Below are positions 55,898-64,000 of a stretch of 64,000 nucleotides of DNA, one piece after another. Source of the stretch: Minisyncoccota bacterium (GTDB lineage: Bacteria; Patescibacteriota; Minisyncoccia; Phycocordibacterales; UBA9973); NCBI GenBank assembly GCA_035353995.1, contig DAOQAL010000002.1:99762-163761 (forward strand), given 5' to 3'. A program made the translations under genes and the position numbers. Within the stretch, counting starts at the first letter, position 1, and each line of letters begins with the position of its first letter. A model generated the notes under the pieces. The model ran no database searches, had not been told where the DNA came from, and saw only the letters and a program-made list of their open reading frames with translations.

Positions 55898-56737
55898 ATG
55901 TCTTTTAAAAAAATTATTGTTTTTTTATTCTTAATATTCTCTTTATTTCCTTTACAAAAAGTATTTGCAGAAACAGAAAATATTGGAATTATTCCTGCAA
56001 ATATTTGGTATTCGGAAGATCCATTTGAAGAAGGTCAAAAAGTTAAAATTTATACTGTAGTATATAATCCAAGCGATAAGCAGTTATCTGGTACTGTTGT
56101 ATTTTTTGATGATGATGTTTTTCTTGGAAAGAAAGATTTTTCAGTAGCCTCAAAATCTATAAAAGACGTTTCAATAGACTGGACTGTTACAGTTGGTGAT
56201 CATATTATTTTTGCGAAAATAGAAAATGCAAAATTTTTAATTTCAGAAGGGAAATATGAAGAAGTTTATATAGCAGAAAACAAAACAGAAGAAAGCAAGA
56301 GGACTGTTTCAAAAAAAATAGATGTTAAAAAATCAACTAGCGATACTTCAGATTCAAGTATTGTTTCAACAGTAAAAAACACAATTGAAGAAAATACTCC
56401 AGCCGTTGTTACAGAAACGGCTAACAATGTTATTGAAAAATTAGAAGACACAAGAGAAAAAGCTGCAACTTATTCTGATGAAAAAAAACAGGAAGTAAAA
56501 AAAGAAATAGAAGTTTTGAAAGAAAAAGAAGCTAATAGTCAAAATGTTTCAACTGATACAAAAAAAGATAGCGAAAAAGTAGACAGTTCTAATAAGTTAT
56601 TAAAACCATTAAAATACCTAGAACTTTTCTTTTTAAATCTATTTTCGTTGATTTTCAATACTAAAATATTATTTTATATTGTTCTTATAGCAGTAGTATT
56701 TCTAATTCTTCGCTTTATTTGGAACTTATTTTTTTAG
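55898..56737 (+). CDS. hypothetical protein with signal peptide and C-terminal TM anchor
   Basis: 279 aa. N-terminal signal peptide (...VFAETEN), a Ser/Thr/Lys-rich middle and a C-terminal hydrophobic helix. Confidence 0.3.
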   Translation: MSFKKIIVFLFLIFSLFPLQKVFAETENIGIIPANIWYSEDPFEEGQKVKIYTVVYNPSDKQLSGTVVFFDDDVFLGKKDFSVASKSIKDVSIDWTVTVGDHIIFAKIENAKFLISEGKYEEVYIAENKTEESKRTVSKKIDVKKSTSDTSDSSIVSTVKNTIEENTPAVVTETANNVIEKLEDTREKAATYSDEKKQEVKKEIEVLKEKEANSQNVSTDTKKDSEKVDSSNKLLKPLKYLELFFLNLFSLIFNTKILFYIVLIAVVFLILRFIWNLFF

Positions 56738-56773
56738 ATTGAAATTTTGCTTTATTTCAGCTAATATAAAGCA

Positions 56774-57043
56774 ATGATAAAGAGAATTTGCTTTTCTTCG
56801 CTTTTATTAATTTCATTGTTCTTTTTTCCGATTTATATATCGGTAATTTTAGCTCTATTAGGAGCATTTCTTTTTTCATTTTATTGGGAAATGGTTGTTT
56901 TATTTTTTATATCAGATTTACTTTTGGGTGTAAAAGAAACAAGATTTTTAAATCTTTTATTGGTATCAACGGTAGTTTCATTTGCAGTTTTGCTTTTGAT
57001 TGAATTTACAAAAAAGAAACTTAAGTTTTACAATAAGGAATAA
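56774..57043 (+). CDS. small membrane protein (in the MreD position upstream of mrdA)
   Basis: 89 aa with 2-3 TM helices, ending 3 nt before the PBP2 gene. Confidence 0.3.
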   Translation: MIKRICFSSLLLISLFFFPIYISVILALLGAFLFSFYWEMVVLFFISDLLLGVKETRFLNLLLVSTVVSFAVLLLIEFTKKKLKFYNKE

Positions 57044-57045
57044 TT

Positions 57046-58773
57046 ATGAATTGGAAATTTTTTAGAAAAAATAGATTAAAAAGTAGAAATACTTTTGTTG
57101 AGCCAGATGAAATATTTTTAGATTCTGAAAATCTTGAAAATTTTGACTCTCAACAGTTTGAAGGCCGAATAGAAAAACAAATTTCAAAAAAAACGATAAT
57201 GTTTTTGGGTATTTTTTTTGTTATTGCTGTAGGAATATTTTGTTTTCGTTTGGGATTTTTACAAATACAAAAAGGGGAAGCTTACTTAACGAGAAGTCAA
57301 AACAATACTCTAGAGAAACAAGTTCTTTTTGCAGATAGGGGAATTATTTATGATAGAAATAAAGAAGAATTAGCTTGGAACAAAAAAGATGGCATTACAA
57401 ATAATACCGATAATCAATTAATAGATGAATTGAATTTTGCAATTAGAACTTATAAAAGTCCTGGTTTTTCCCATTTACTTGGTTATGTAAATTATCCTGC
57501 AAAAGATAGTTCTGGAAATTTTTGGCAAACTGAATTTATTGGTAAAGATGGTTTAGAAAAAATGTATAGCGATACAATAAAAGGAGAAAATGGTTCAAAA
57601 ATAGTAGAAACAGATGTAAATAAGAAAATTTATTCTGAAAATATTATAAATGCACCAAAACATGGGGCAGATTTAATAACAACAATTGATTCTCGGATAC
57701 AAAGCCAAATGTTTTCTTATATAAAAAATTTAGCTGAAAGTAATTCTTTTTCTGGTGGAGCTGGAATTTTAATAAATGTAGAAAATGGAGAAATTTTAGT
57801 TTCTACAAGTTTCCCTGAATATAATTCAGAAATACTTTCACAAGGAAAAGACGCTATGACAATAAAAAATTATTTTTCTGATAAGAGAAAAGTTTTTATG
57901 GATAGAGCAATATCTGGTTTGTATACACCTGGATCAATAGTAAAACCCTTTTTTGCGCTAGGAGCATTAAATGAAGGTATCATTAATCCTGAAAAAAAAA
58001 TATTATCTACGGGGTCAATATCAATTCCCAATCCTTATTTTCCTGATCAAAAAACAGTGTTTAAGGACTGGAAAGCTCACGGTTGGACTAATATGAAAGA
58101 AGCAATTGCTGTTTCTTCAGACGTTTATTTTTACACTATAGGTGGTGGATTTGATGGACAAAAAGGTTTAGGTATAGCAAATTTGGAAAAATATTCAAAA
58201 CTTTTTGGCATAGGAGAAAAAACAGGAGTAGATTTGCCTGATGAAAAAGGTGGGACGATACCAAGCATTGAATGGAAAGCAAAAAATTTCAAAGGAGATC
58301 CTTGGCGTATTGGAGATACATATCACACAGCTATAGGTCAATATGGATTTCAGGTTACACCAATAGAAATGGCTCGTGCTGTTTCTGCAATTGCAAATAA
58401 TGGAAAACTAATTTCTCCACATTTTATTTTAGGTGACATTGAAAAAGAAAATCAAAAAACAGATCTTGGAATAAAAAAAGAATATTTCCAAACAGTACAA
58501 GAAGGAATGAGAATGGCAGTCAATTCAGGAACAGCATCAGCATTGAATGTACCTTATGTTAAAGTAGCTGCAAAAACTGGTACTGCTCAATTGGGTGTTT
58601 ATAAGAATAAAGTGAATTCTTGGGTAATAGGCTTTTTCCCTTATGAAAATCCTAAATATGCTTTTGTCGTTATGATGGAAGCTGGTCCTTCTACAAATAG
58701 TACTGGTGCATCTTATATAATACGCCAAACATTAGATTGGATGTCTATAAATACTCCTGAGTATTTTCAATAA
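57046..58773 (+). CDS. mrdA: penicillin-binding protein 2 (peptidoglycan D,D-transpeptidase)
   Basis: N-terminal TM plus dimerisation domain. Transpeptidase motifs SIVK (SxxK), SSD (SxN) and KTGTAQ (KTG). Confidence 0.8.
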   Translation: MNWKFFRKNRLKSRNTFVEPDEIFLDSENLENFDSQQFEGRIEKQISKKTIMFLGIFFVIAVGIFCFRLGFLQIQKGEAYLTRSQNNTLEKQVLFADRGIIYDRNKEELAWNKKDGITNNTDNQLIDELNFAIRTYKSPGFSHLLGYVNYPAKDSSGNFWQTEFIGKDGLEKMYSDTIKGENGSKIVETDVNKKIYSENIINAPKHGADLITTIDSRIQSQMFSYIKNLAESNSFSGGAGILINVENGEILVSTSFPEYNSEILSQGKDAMTIKNYFSDKRKVFMDRAISGLYTPGSIVKPFFALGALNEGIINPEKKILSTGSISIPNPYFPDQKTVFKDWKAHGWTNMKEAIAVSSDVYFYTIGGGFDGQKGLGIANLEKYSKLFGIGEKTGVDLPDEKGGTIPSIEWKAKNFKGDPWRIGDTYHTAIGQYGFQVTPIEMARAVSAIANNGKLISPHFILGDIEKENQKTDLGIKKEYFQTVQEGMRMAVNSGTASALNVPYVKVAAKTGTAQLGVYKNKVNSWVIGFFPYENPKYAFVVMMEAGPSTNSTGASYIIRQTLDWMSINTPEYFQ

Positions 58774-58795
58774 AAAAATACTTATTAAAAACTTT

Positions 58796-59098
58796 TTGTC
58801 AAATATTTTTTGTTTGCTTTTTAATTTAGGTAAGAGTTATAATACAGACATGAGTAAAGCAAAAATACTTTTAACAATTGGAGTATGGGTGGCAGTATTG
58901 CCATATTTAGGTTTTCCTTTTGGACTTAGAAATTTATTATTTACTTTGACAGGTTTTTTGATAATGATGTTTAGTTATGGCTTATATAAAAACAGTAAAA
59001 AGGTAGAAAAAAAGAAAACATCAAACTTTGATAATTTTTCAGAAAATCATAATTTTATAAAGTCTGAACAAGAGGAAGAAATAAAACAAGAACTTTAA
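58796..59098 (+). CDS. small membrane protein (hypothetical)
   Basis: 100 aa with two TM helices and a charged tail. Confidence 0.3.
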   Translation: MSNIFCLLFNLGKSYNTDMSKAKILLTIGVWVAVLPYLGFPFGLRNLLFTLTGFLIMMFSYGLYKNSKKVEKKKTSNFDNFSENHNFIKSEQEEEIKQEL

Positions 59099-59107
59099 TT
59101 TCAAATA

Positions 59108-60328
59108 ATGTTTAAAAATTTTAAAACAAAGACAACAGCTTCTAATATTTTAATTATTTCGGCTTTTTTCCTTTTAGGAATTCTAATTGGATTTCATAAC
59201 CAGCCAGCAATAGGAAAAATAATAGGAGTTTCCAATAAAGAAAATCCTATAAATGTAGAAACAGATTTTTCTCCATTTTGGAAAGCATGGAATCTTATAG
59301 ATGAAAAATACCCTGGTGCAAGTAAGATAACTAATGAAGAAAGGCTCTATGGGGCAATTTCAGGGCTTGTAGGTTCTTTAAAAGACCCTTACAGCGTATT
59401 CTTTAATCCAGAAGATGCTAAGTCTTTTCAGGATGATATTGCAGGATCTTTTAGTGGAATTGGAGCTGAAGTAGGCATGAAAGATGGTATATTAACGGTA
59501 ATTGCTCCTCTTAAAGATTCTCCTGCATATAAAGCTGGATTAAAAGCTGGAGATAGAATTTTGAATATTGATAAAACTTCAACATCAGATCTTTCTACAG
59601 AAGAAGCTGTGCGATTGATGAGAGGAGAAAAAGGCACAACAGTAACATTAACAGTATTTCGTGAAGGAGATGAAGAAGCAAGAGAAGTAAAAATTGTTCG
59701 CGACATTATTGATGTTCCTGTTATTAATACAGAGTTAAGAAAAGATGGAGTTTTTGTAATTTCTTTATATAGTTTTTCTGAAAATTCTGCTAAACTTTTC
59801 CGCAATGCAATAAAAGAATTTTCTGAATCAAATACTGATAAATTAGTTCTTGACTTAAGAGGTAATCCTGGAGGATATTTAGATGCAGCAGTTGATATGG
59901 CTAGTTGGTTTTTACCTGCAGGAAAAACTGTTGTGATTGAAGATTATAGTAGTGACAAAAAACAAAGAATATATAGAAGTGAAGGCTACAATATTTTTAA
60001 TAAAGATTTGAAGTTTGCAATATTAATAGATGAAGGATCAGCTTCAGCTTCTGAAATACTAGCTGGTGCAATGCAAGATTACGGAATTGCAAAACTTGTT
60101 GGTGCACAAAGTTTCGGTAAAGGTTCTGTACAAGAAGTTGTAGGTGTTACAGATGATACAATTATGAAAATAACTATTGCAAAATGGCTTACACCAAACG
60201 GACAATCTATTTCAGAAAAAGGATTAACTCCAGATTACAAAGTTAAAATAACAAAGAAAGATGCAGAGAAAAAAATAGATTCTCAATTAGAAAAAGCAGT
60301 TGAAGTATTAAATAATTGGTCTAAATAA
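59108..60328 (+). CDS. ctpA: C-terminal processing peptidase (S41 family)
   Basis: PDZ domain followed by the S41 catalytic region (RGNPGGYLDAAVDMAS ... DEGSASASEILAGAMQD). Length 406 aa. Confidence 0.8.
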   Translation: MFKNFKTKTTASNILIISAFFLLGILIGFHNQPAIGKIIGVSNKENPINVETDFSPFWKAWNLIDEKYPGASKITNEERLYGAISGLVGSLKDPYSVFFNPEDAKSFQDDIAGSFSGIGAEVGMKDGILTVIAPLKDSPAYKAGLKAGDRILNIDKTSTSDLSTEEAVRLMRGEKGTTVTLTVFREGDEEAREVKIVRDIIDVPVINTELRKDGVFVISLYSFSENSAKLFRNAIKEFSESNTDKLVLDLRGNPGGYLDAAVDMASWFLPAGKTVVIEDYSSDKKQRIYRSEGYNIFNKDLKFAILIDEGSASASEILAGAMQDYGIAKLVGAQSFGKGSVQEVVGVTDDTIMKITIAKWLTPNGQSISEKGLTPDYKVKITKKDAEKKIDSQLEKAVEVLNNWSK

Positions 60329-60331
60329 TAA

Positions 60332-60775
60332 ATGAAAGTTATATTCTTAAAAGATGTTCCAAGGGTAGGGAAGAGGAATGAGGTGAAAGAAGTAAATGAT
60401 GGTTATGCTGTAAATTTCCTATTTCCAAGAAAGCTTGCGGAGTCAGCAACGCCAAGTGCTATTTCTGAGTTAGAAAAAAGAAAAAAAGAAATTATAATTG
60501 AAAAAGAAGTTCAAGAAACTTTGCTAGAAAAACATTTGTCTGAAATTAAGGGAAAAGTTATTACATTGAAAGCAAAAGCTGACGAAAAAGGACATTTATT
60601 CTCTGCTATTCACAAAAAAGAAATTTCTGAAGAGCTAAAAAAAGAACACAAAGCTGAAATAGGTGAAGAATTTATGATTCTTGAAAAGCCAGTAAAAGAA
60701 TTAGGTGAATTTGAAATTCCAATAATTATTAAATCCAAAAAATCTTCTTTTAAATTAAAAGTAGAAAGAAAATAA
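60332..60775 (+). CDS. rplI: 50S ribosomal protein L9
   Basis: [32 protein letters not shown] matches the L9 N-domain. Length 147 aa. Confidence 0.8.
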   Translation: MKVIFLKDVPRVGKRNEVKEVNDGYAVNFLFPRKLAESATPSAISELEKRKKEIIIEKEVQETLLEKHLSEIKGKVITLKAKADEKGHLFSAIHKKEISEELKKEHKAEIGEEFMILEKPVKELGEFEIPIIIKSKKSSFKLKVERK

Positions 60776-60793
60776 AACTCAAATCAATAATAA

Positions 60794-60823
60794 AACCAAC
60801 ATAATTAGTTGGTTGAATTTTTT
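60794..60823 (+). terminator. intrinsic terminator after rplI
   Basis: AACCAAC-ATAATTA-GTTGGTT hairpin plus a T-run. Confidence 0.55.
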
Positions 60824-60871
60824 GATTAAAAATGATTTAATATAATAAACAGAAACTTAAAAACCTACATT

Positions 60872-61282
60872 ATGGCTAGAGAAAAGACTGCTGTTGCTGT
60901 TATGACCGAGGAACACCATCGCAGGCCTCGTTCTCTTGGAGGAAAATCTTCTCCCTCCAATGTATCCTATGTGCCCAAAAAAGAACATCGGGCATATCAC
61001 ATTATCTGGGGAAATAAAAATATTTACCAAATTAGAGACGACATTAATTTGTCGCCTTTAAATTTAATTGGCCGACCAGATGATGAAATGGTTATATGTC
61101 GTTTTATAAATGGAGAAAGGGTAGAAAATAAAGGAGAAAACAATTCCAAAAAACAAAAGCGAGTTAATCGTGCTTATGAAATTTTGTTTAAAGGAATGAC
61201 TTTTCAGGAAAAGATTAGCTACCTTAACAATGTTTTTCTCGATCCAAGTTATCACTTTTACATCAGAAAAAAGAAAAAGTGA
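60872..61282 (+). CDS. HNH endonuclease family protein
   Basis: EEHHRRPRSLGGKSSPSNVSYVPKKEHRAYHIIWGN matches the HNH core (HH..P.S.GG...PSN ... K.H..H). The 5' part of the gene is GC-richer than its surroundings. Confidence 0.55.
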   Translation: MAREKTAVAVMTEEHHRRPRSLGGKSSPSNVSYVPKKEHRAYHIIWGNKNIYQIRDDINLSPLNLIGRPDDEMVICRFINGERVENKGENNSKKQKRVNRAYEILFKGMTFQEKISYLNNVFLDPSYHFYIRKKKK

Positions 61283-61298
61283 TCTCGGAGAACTAAAG

Positions 61299-61335
61299 TA
61301 AAAAGCCGGATGTCATAGATATTCGGCTTTTTTTG
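61299..61335. terminator. bidirectional terminator hairpin
   Basis: AAGCCG-loop-CGGCTT plus a T8 run, between convergent genes. Confidence 0.5.
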
Positions 61336-61912
61336 TTCTGTACGAGTATATCAGTATTACAATTAAACCATTCCCTATAATATTAACGATAGGGTAGACA
61401 AGAGATATTTTTTCTCCGGTATAATTGCATATTACTGTTAACGTAGCAAATACTCCACTTATAATTCCAAGAATCCAGGCAGCCTGATGTTCCTTTTCAC
61501 CATGTAAAATTTGATAAGCTATAGGTAAAAAAGAAATAAAATAAACAATTTGCAATAAAGCATTTGAAACTTGATCGTTTCCGTCAATTACCCAAAATAT
61601 TCCGATAAAAACCACTAAGAATATACAAATAACTTCAGTGACTTTTATCTTTGAAAATTTCTTACAAAGAAGTGCGATGAAAAAAATTCCAACAACTAAA
61701 CACAAATTAGTGATTGTAATTAGTGTTTGCCAAAAATCTTTCACTGCTTCAAAGTAGGTAATAACATTAATGATTGCTTCAAATACCCATAAAGCTACTG
61801 TAACAGGATTAGGACTAGATAATGTTTTATGTATTTGATACGAGTAACGTGTGTACTCGGCAACAGCAAACAATGATGCCAAAATGGCAAAGAACTGACT
61901 TAAAAAAAGCAT
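61313..61912 (-). CDS. polytopic membrane protein, paralogue of the island ORF 29809..30408
   Basis: 199 aa, the same length and TM layout as 29809..30408. Shared blocks are YQIHK..S.P vs YQIYKHKIFP, a central W, and a ..YRTKK tail vs ..ELTKKKK. Confidence 0.45.
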   Translation of the reverse strand: MLFLSQFFAILASLFAVAEYTRYSYQIHKTLSSPNPVTVALWVFEAIINVITYFEAVKDFWQTLITITNLCLVVGIFFIALLCKKFSKIKVTEVICIFLVVFIGIFWVIDGNDQVSNALLQIVYFISFLPIAYQILHGEKEHQAAWILGIISGVFATLTVICNYTGEKISLVYPIVNIIGNGLIVILIYSYRTKKAEYL

Positions 61913-61975
61913 AAAGCCTCCTTTTTATTCATTTTTAATTTAGAACGGAAAGCTCAAAAAGTCAATTCAAAAAAC

Positions 61976-62242
61976 TTATTTTTTGATGATATTTACCAAA
62001 CCCTTAAGTATGTATCCTAAGATGTAACCTAATACAAAAGTTACAACTATAAGAACTATAGCGTTTGCTAGAACAAATGGTGTAGCTATAACAAAGAATG
62101 GAACGCTAATATGGTGAATTTGCAATATCCAATTCATAAAATTTTCAACAACTACTGGTGCAATAGCTACAGCAATTGACCATACTAAATGTATGAGAGC
62201 AAAGAAAGAACCAACAACTAGACCCGTTTTATTTTTAGACAT
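61976..62242 (-). CDS. small membrane protein (hypothetical)
   Basis: 88 aa with two TM helices. Confidence 0.3.
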   Translation of the reverse strand: MSKNKTGLVVGSFFALIHLVWSIAVAIAPVVVENFMNWILQIHHISVPFFVIATPFVLANAIVLIVVTFVLGYILGYILKGLVNIIKK

Positions 62243-62352
62243 AAAATTATTTTTATTTAAATAATAACAAAAGTCGACTAATGAATTATAACAAACAAAG
62301 TCAATAAAATATATACCATAGCAAGTAGAATTTTATTTGGTATAATACTTTT

Positions 62353-63285
62353 ATGATTGAAGGAACAAAAGTAGGACACAAAGAAAAAGAAAAAAGTATT
62401 TTTGATGATACAGAAAGTTTAATAAAACTTTCTAAGAAACTTAGTGCCGTTTATGAAAATAGGCCAGAAATTATGTCTTTTGAAGGTTGTATGAAGGGTA
62501 CTAAATTCGAATCAGAATATAATATTGAAGAACTTAAAAGGGATGAAAATTATATAAAAGAAACGAGAGGAAGAATTGAAAAAGATGAACAAAATTCATT
62601 TGATGGAGAAGATTTAGAATGGAAAGAAAAAGGTTTTCAATTGTCAGAAATTATGCAAGTTATGGTAATTGATTTGATGAACAAAAACTGGTTTAAAAAT
62701 ACTAAAACAATAATGACCTCAGATTATGATGATTTAAAGGTTGGTATTGATGCTGTTTTAAAAGACAAGAGAGGCGGATTTATTGGAACATCTTTTGATT
62801 TTACTATTTCTAACCAAGAAAAAATAATAAATAAAAAATTAAATAAAAATTGGGATGAAAATATTAAAGATGGAAGAATTCCAAGAGTAAAATACTTTCA
62901 AGACCCAGACACAAAAGAAAAAGGGAAGTTGCTTGTTCCAAAATTTATCATTGGAGCTTTAAAAAAAGATGTTGAAGAATTTGTTAATGCTTATTTAAGT
63001 GGAAATGAAAAAGATTTAGAACAGCACCCATTTAAATATTTATTATTGCTACAAATAGAAGAGCAATTACAGACTGTTCTTGATTTATATGAAACAAGCG
63101 ATGATCCAAAATTAAACTTTGCTAAAAACAAATATAGAGAAATTCAAACAATGCTTCGTTTTATGAAAAAAGAAATTCACCTTGATGAAAAAGCACGTGA
63201 TCTTGATTTATATGAATACTCAAAAGGCAGTATAGCATTAAACACAATGAGACAGTTTAGAATGAAAAGAGGAAGAGAAATGTAA
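62353..63285 (+). CDS. hypothetical protein
   Basis: 310 aa ORF, charged and helical, with no recognised motif. Confidence 0.35.
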   Translation: MIEGTKVGHKEKEKSIFDDTESLIKLSKKLSAVYENRPEIMSFEGCMKGTKFESEYNIEELKRDENYIKETRGRIEKDEQNSFDGEDLEWKEKGFQLSEIMQVMVIDLMNKNWFKNTKTIMTSDYDDLKVGIDAVLKDKRGGFIGTSFDFTISNQEKIINKKLNKNWDENIKDGRIPRVKYFQDPDTKEKGKLLVPKFIIGALKKDVEEFVNAYLSGNEKDLEQHPFKYLLLLQIEEQLQTVLDLYETSDDPKLNFAKNKYREIQTMLRFMKKEIHLDEKARDLDLYEYSKGSIALNTMRQFRMKRGREM

Positions 63286-63315
63286 CAAAAAAATCCCCAT
63301 TAGGGGATTTTTTAT
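63286..63315. terminator. bidirectional intrinsic terminator
   Basis: A-run, AAATCCCC-ATTA-GGGGATTT perfect hairpin, T-run. Lies between convergent genes. Confidence 0.65.
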
Positions 63316-63316
63316 T

Positions 63317-63589
63317 TTAGACTACGCTAACTGTTTTTTTTACAGATGTTTTTCCATTAAAAGAAGTTTTGCGTTTAGTTCCAAATTTTACAGTACCAGG
63401 TTTCAAAGCGAATAGGGTATGATCTTTTCCAACAGAAACATTAACCCCTGCCATAATTTTAGTACCTCGTTGGCGAACAATAATTGAACCAGATTGTGCT
63501 TTCTGTCCATTTGCAAGTTTTGTACCAAGATATTTTGGATTTGAGTCTCTTAAGTTTTTGGCTGTTCCGCCGGCTTTTCTATGTGCCAT
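63317..63589 (-). CDS. rpmA: 50S ribosomal protein L27
   Basis: [29 protein letters not shown] matches the L27 N-terminus (MAHKKGGGS..N.RDS..K.LG.K). Length 90 aa. Confidence 0.85.
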   Translation of the reverse strand: MAHRKAGGTAKNLRDSNPKYLGTKLANGQKAQSGSIIVRQRGTKIMAGVNVSVGKDHTLFALKPGTVKFGTKRKTSFNGKTSVKKTVSVV

Positions 63590-63661
63590 ATTGTTTTAAT
63601 ATACTAATTAATGTTAAAATTTCTTTATAAATAAAGTAACTTTTTGAGTATAAACAATTTT

Positions 63662-64000
63662 ATGCAAAAAATCAAGCATTTTATAGAAAGTGACAAGGGG
63701 AAAGATATTTTAGTTGTTATTATAGTCATTTTAGTGGGTGTAATATCATTTTTTCTGGGTAGATTATCATACACAAACCCTCAAAAAGGCCTTAAAATCG
63801 AATATACGGACCAAGAAGCAAGCGTTGTCAGCTCTTTCGAGAATCCTGAGTCTAATCTGAAATTAACCCCTAGTATCGAAAATAGGGCTAATAATGAAGG
63901 TTCGGGGAAGTATTTTGCATCAAAAATGGGTCATAAGTATTATCCTACTGGCTGTTCTGCTGGAAAAACTATTAAGCAAGAAAATAGAATTTATTTTTCT
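63662..64000 (+). CDS. hypothetical protein with N-terminal TM anchor (3' end runs off the window)
   Basis: ORF open to the window end with an N-terminal hydrophobic helix. Partial. Confidence 0.3.
   Translation, partial: MQKIKHFIESDKGKDILVVIIVILVGVISFFLGRLSYTNPQKGLKIEYTDQEASVVSSFENPESNLKLTPSIENRANNEGSGKYFASKMGHKYYPTGCSAGKTIKQENRIYFS

Overview
This is an AT-rich (roughly 30% G+C by eye), gene-dense bacterial chromosomal segment. Genes are short and Shine-Dalgarno sequences are mostly absent. The housekeeping genes are reduced in domain content, which fits a reduced-genome lineage such as Patescibacteria/CPR; that assignment is inference, not a demonstrated result.

Core genes I can support from sequence: aguB-aguA-metK, cysS, an AI-2E transporter, rplU, recR, dnaB, trpS, a complete F1Fo ATP synthase operon (atpB-E-F-H-A-G-D-C), a PEBP-family protein, rsmI, a priA-like gene, mreB-holB-frr-rseP-ddl-alr, rpmG (52 aa, absent from the ORF track) followed by tRNA-Trp, mltG-miaA-murA, tRNA-Leu, parB, rel, topA, dprA, serS, an FtsQ-like protein, dus, dnaX, purB, a patatin-like phospholipase, mrdA, ctpA, rplI, an HNH nuclease and rpmA.

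Two accessory regions stand out.

(1) About 26.2-31.5 kb. A roughly 5.3 kb compositionally mosaic island sits directly at the 3' end of tRNA-Trp. It has 41-bp direct repeats that include the tRNA 3' end, a partial second copy of the tRNA T-arm/acceptor, and a GC-rich nested-hairpin element. It carries six cassette-like ORFs. One is about 50% G+C. One has a Bacteroidetes-type T9SS C-terminal sorting domain. One has a GTG start with a strong SD and a paralogue elsewhere in the window. The cassettes are punctuated by six to seven copies of a near-identical ~35-bp palindrome (GAGTTACCCCATAGGTCTTGCCTCTGGGGTAACTC). No integrase is present.

(2) About 46.8-53.8 kb. A second palindrome family (AGCTAGCAAGGACNGTCCTTGCTAG) brackets a divergent pair made of a YjjX-like NTPase and a non-canonical S8-like peptidase. 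Next comes a HEPN-like two-gene module. Then a GIY-YIG mini-element with tandem 34-bp hairpin repeats abuts tRNA-Gln. Finally a GC-richer purB cassette is flanked by 40-bp directly repeated terminator hairpins.

Also notable is a PriA homologue whose Walker A and Walker B motifs appear degenerate. There are no CRISPR arrays and no rRNA.
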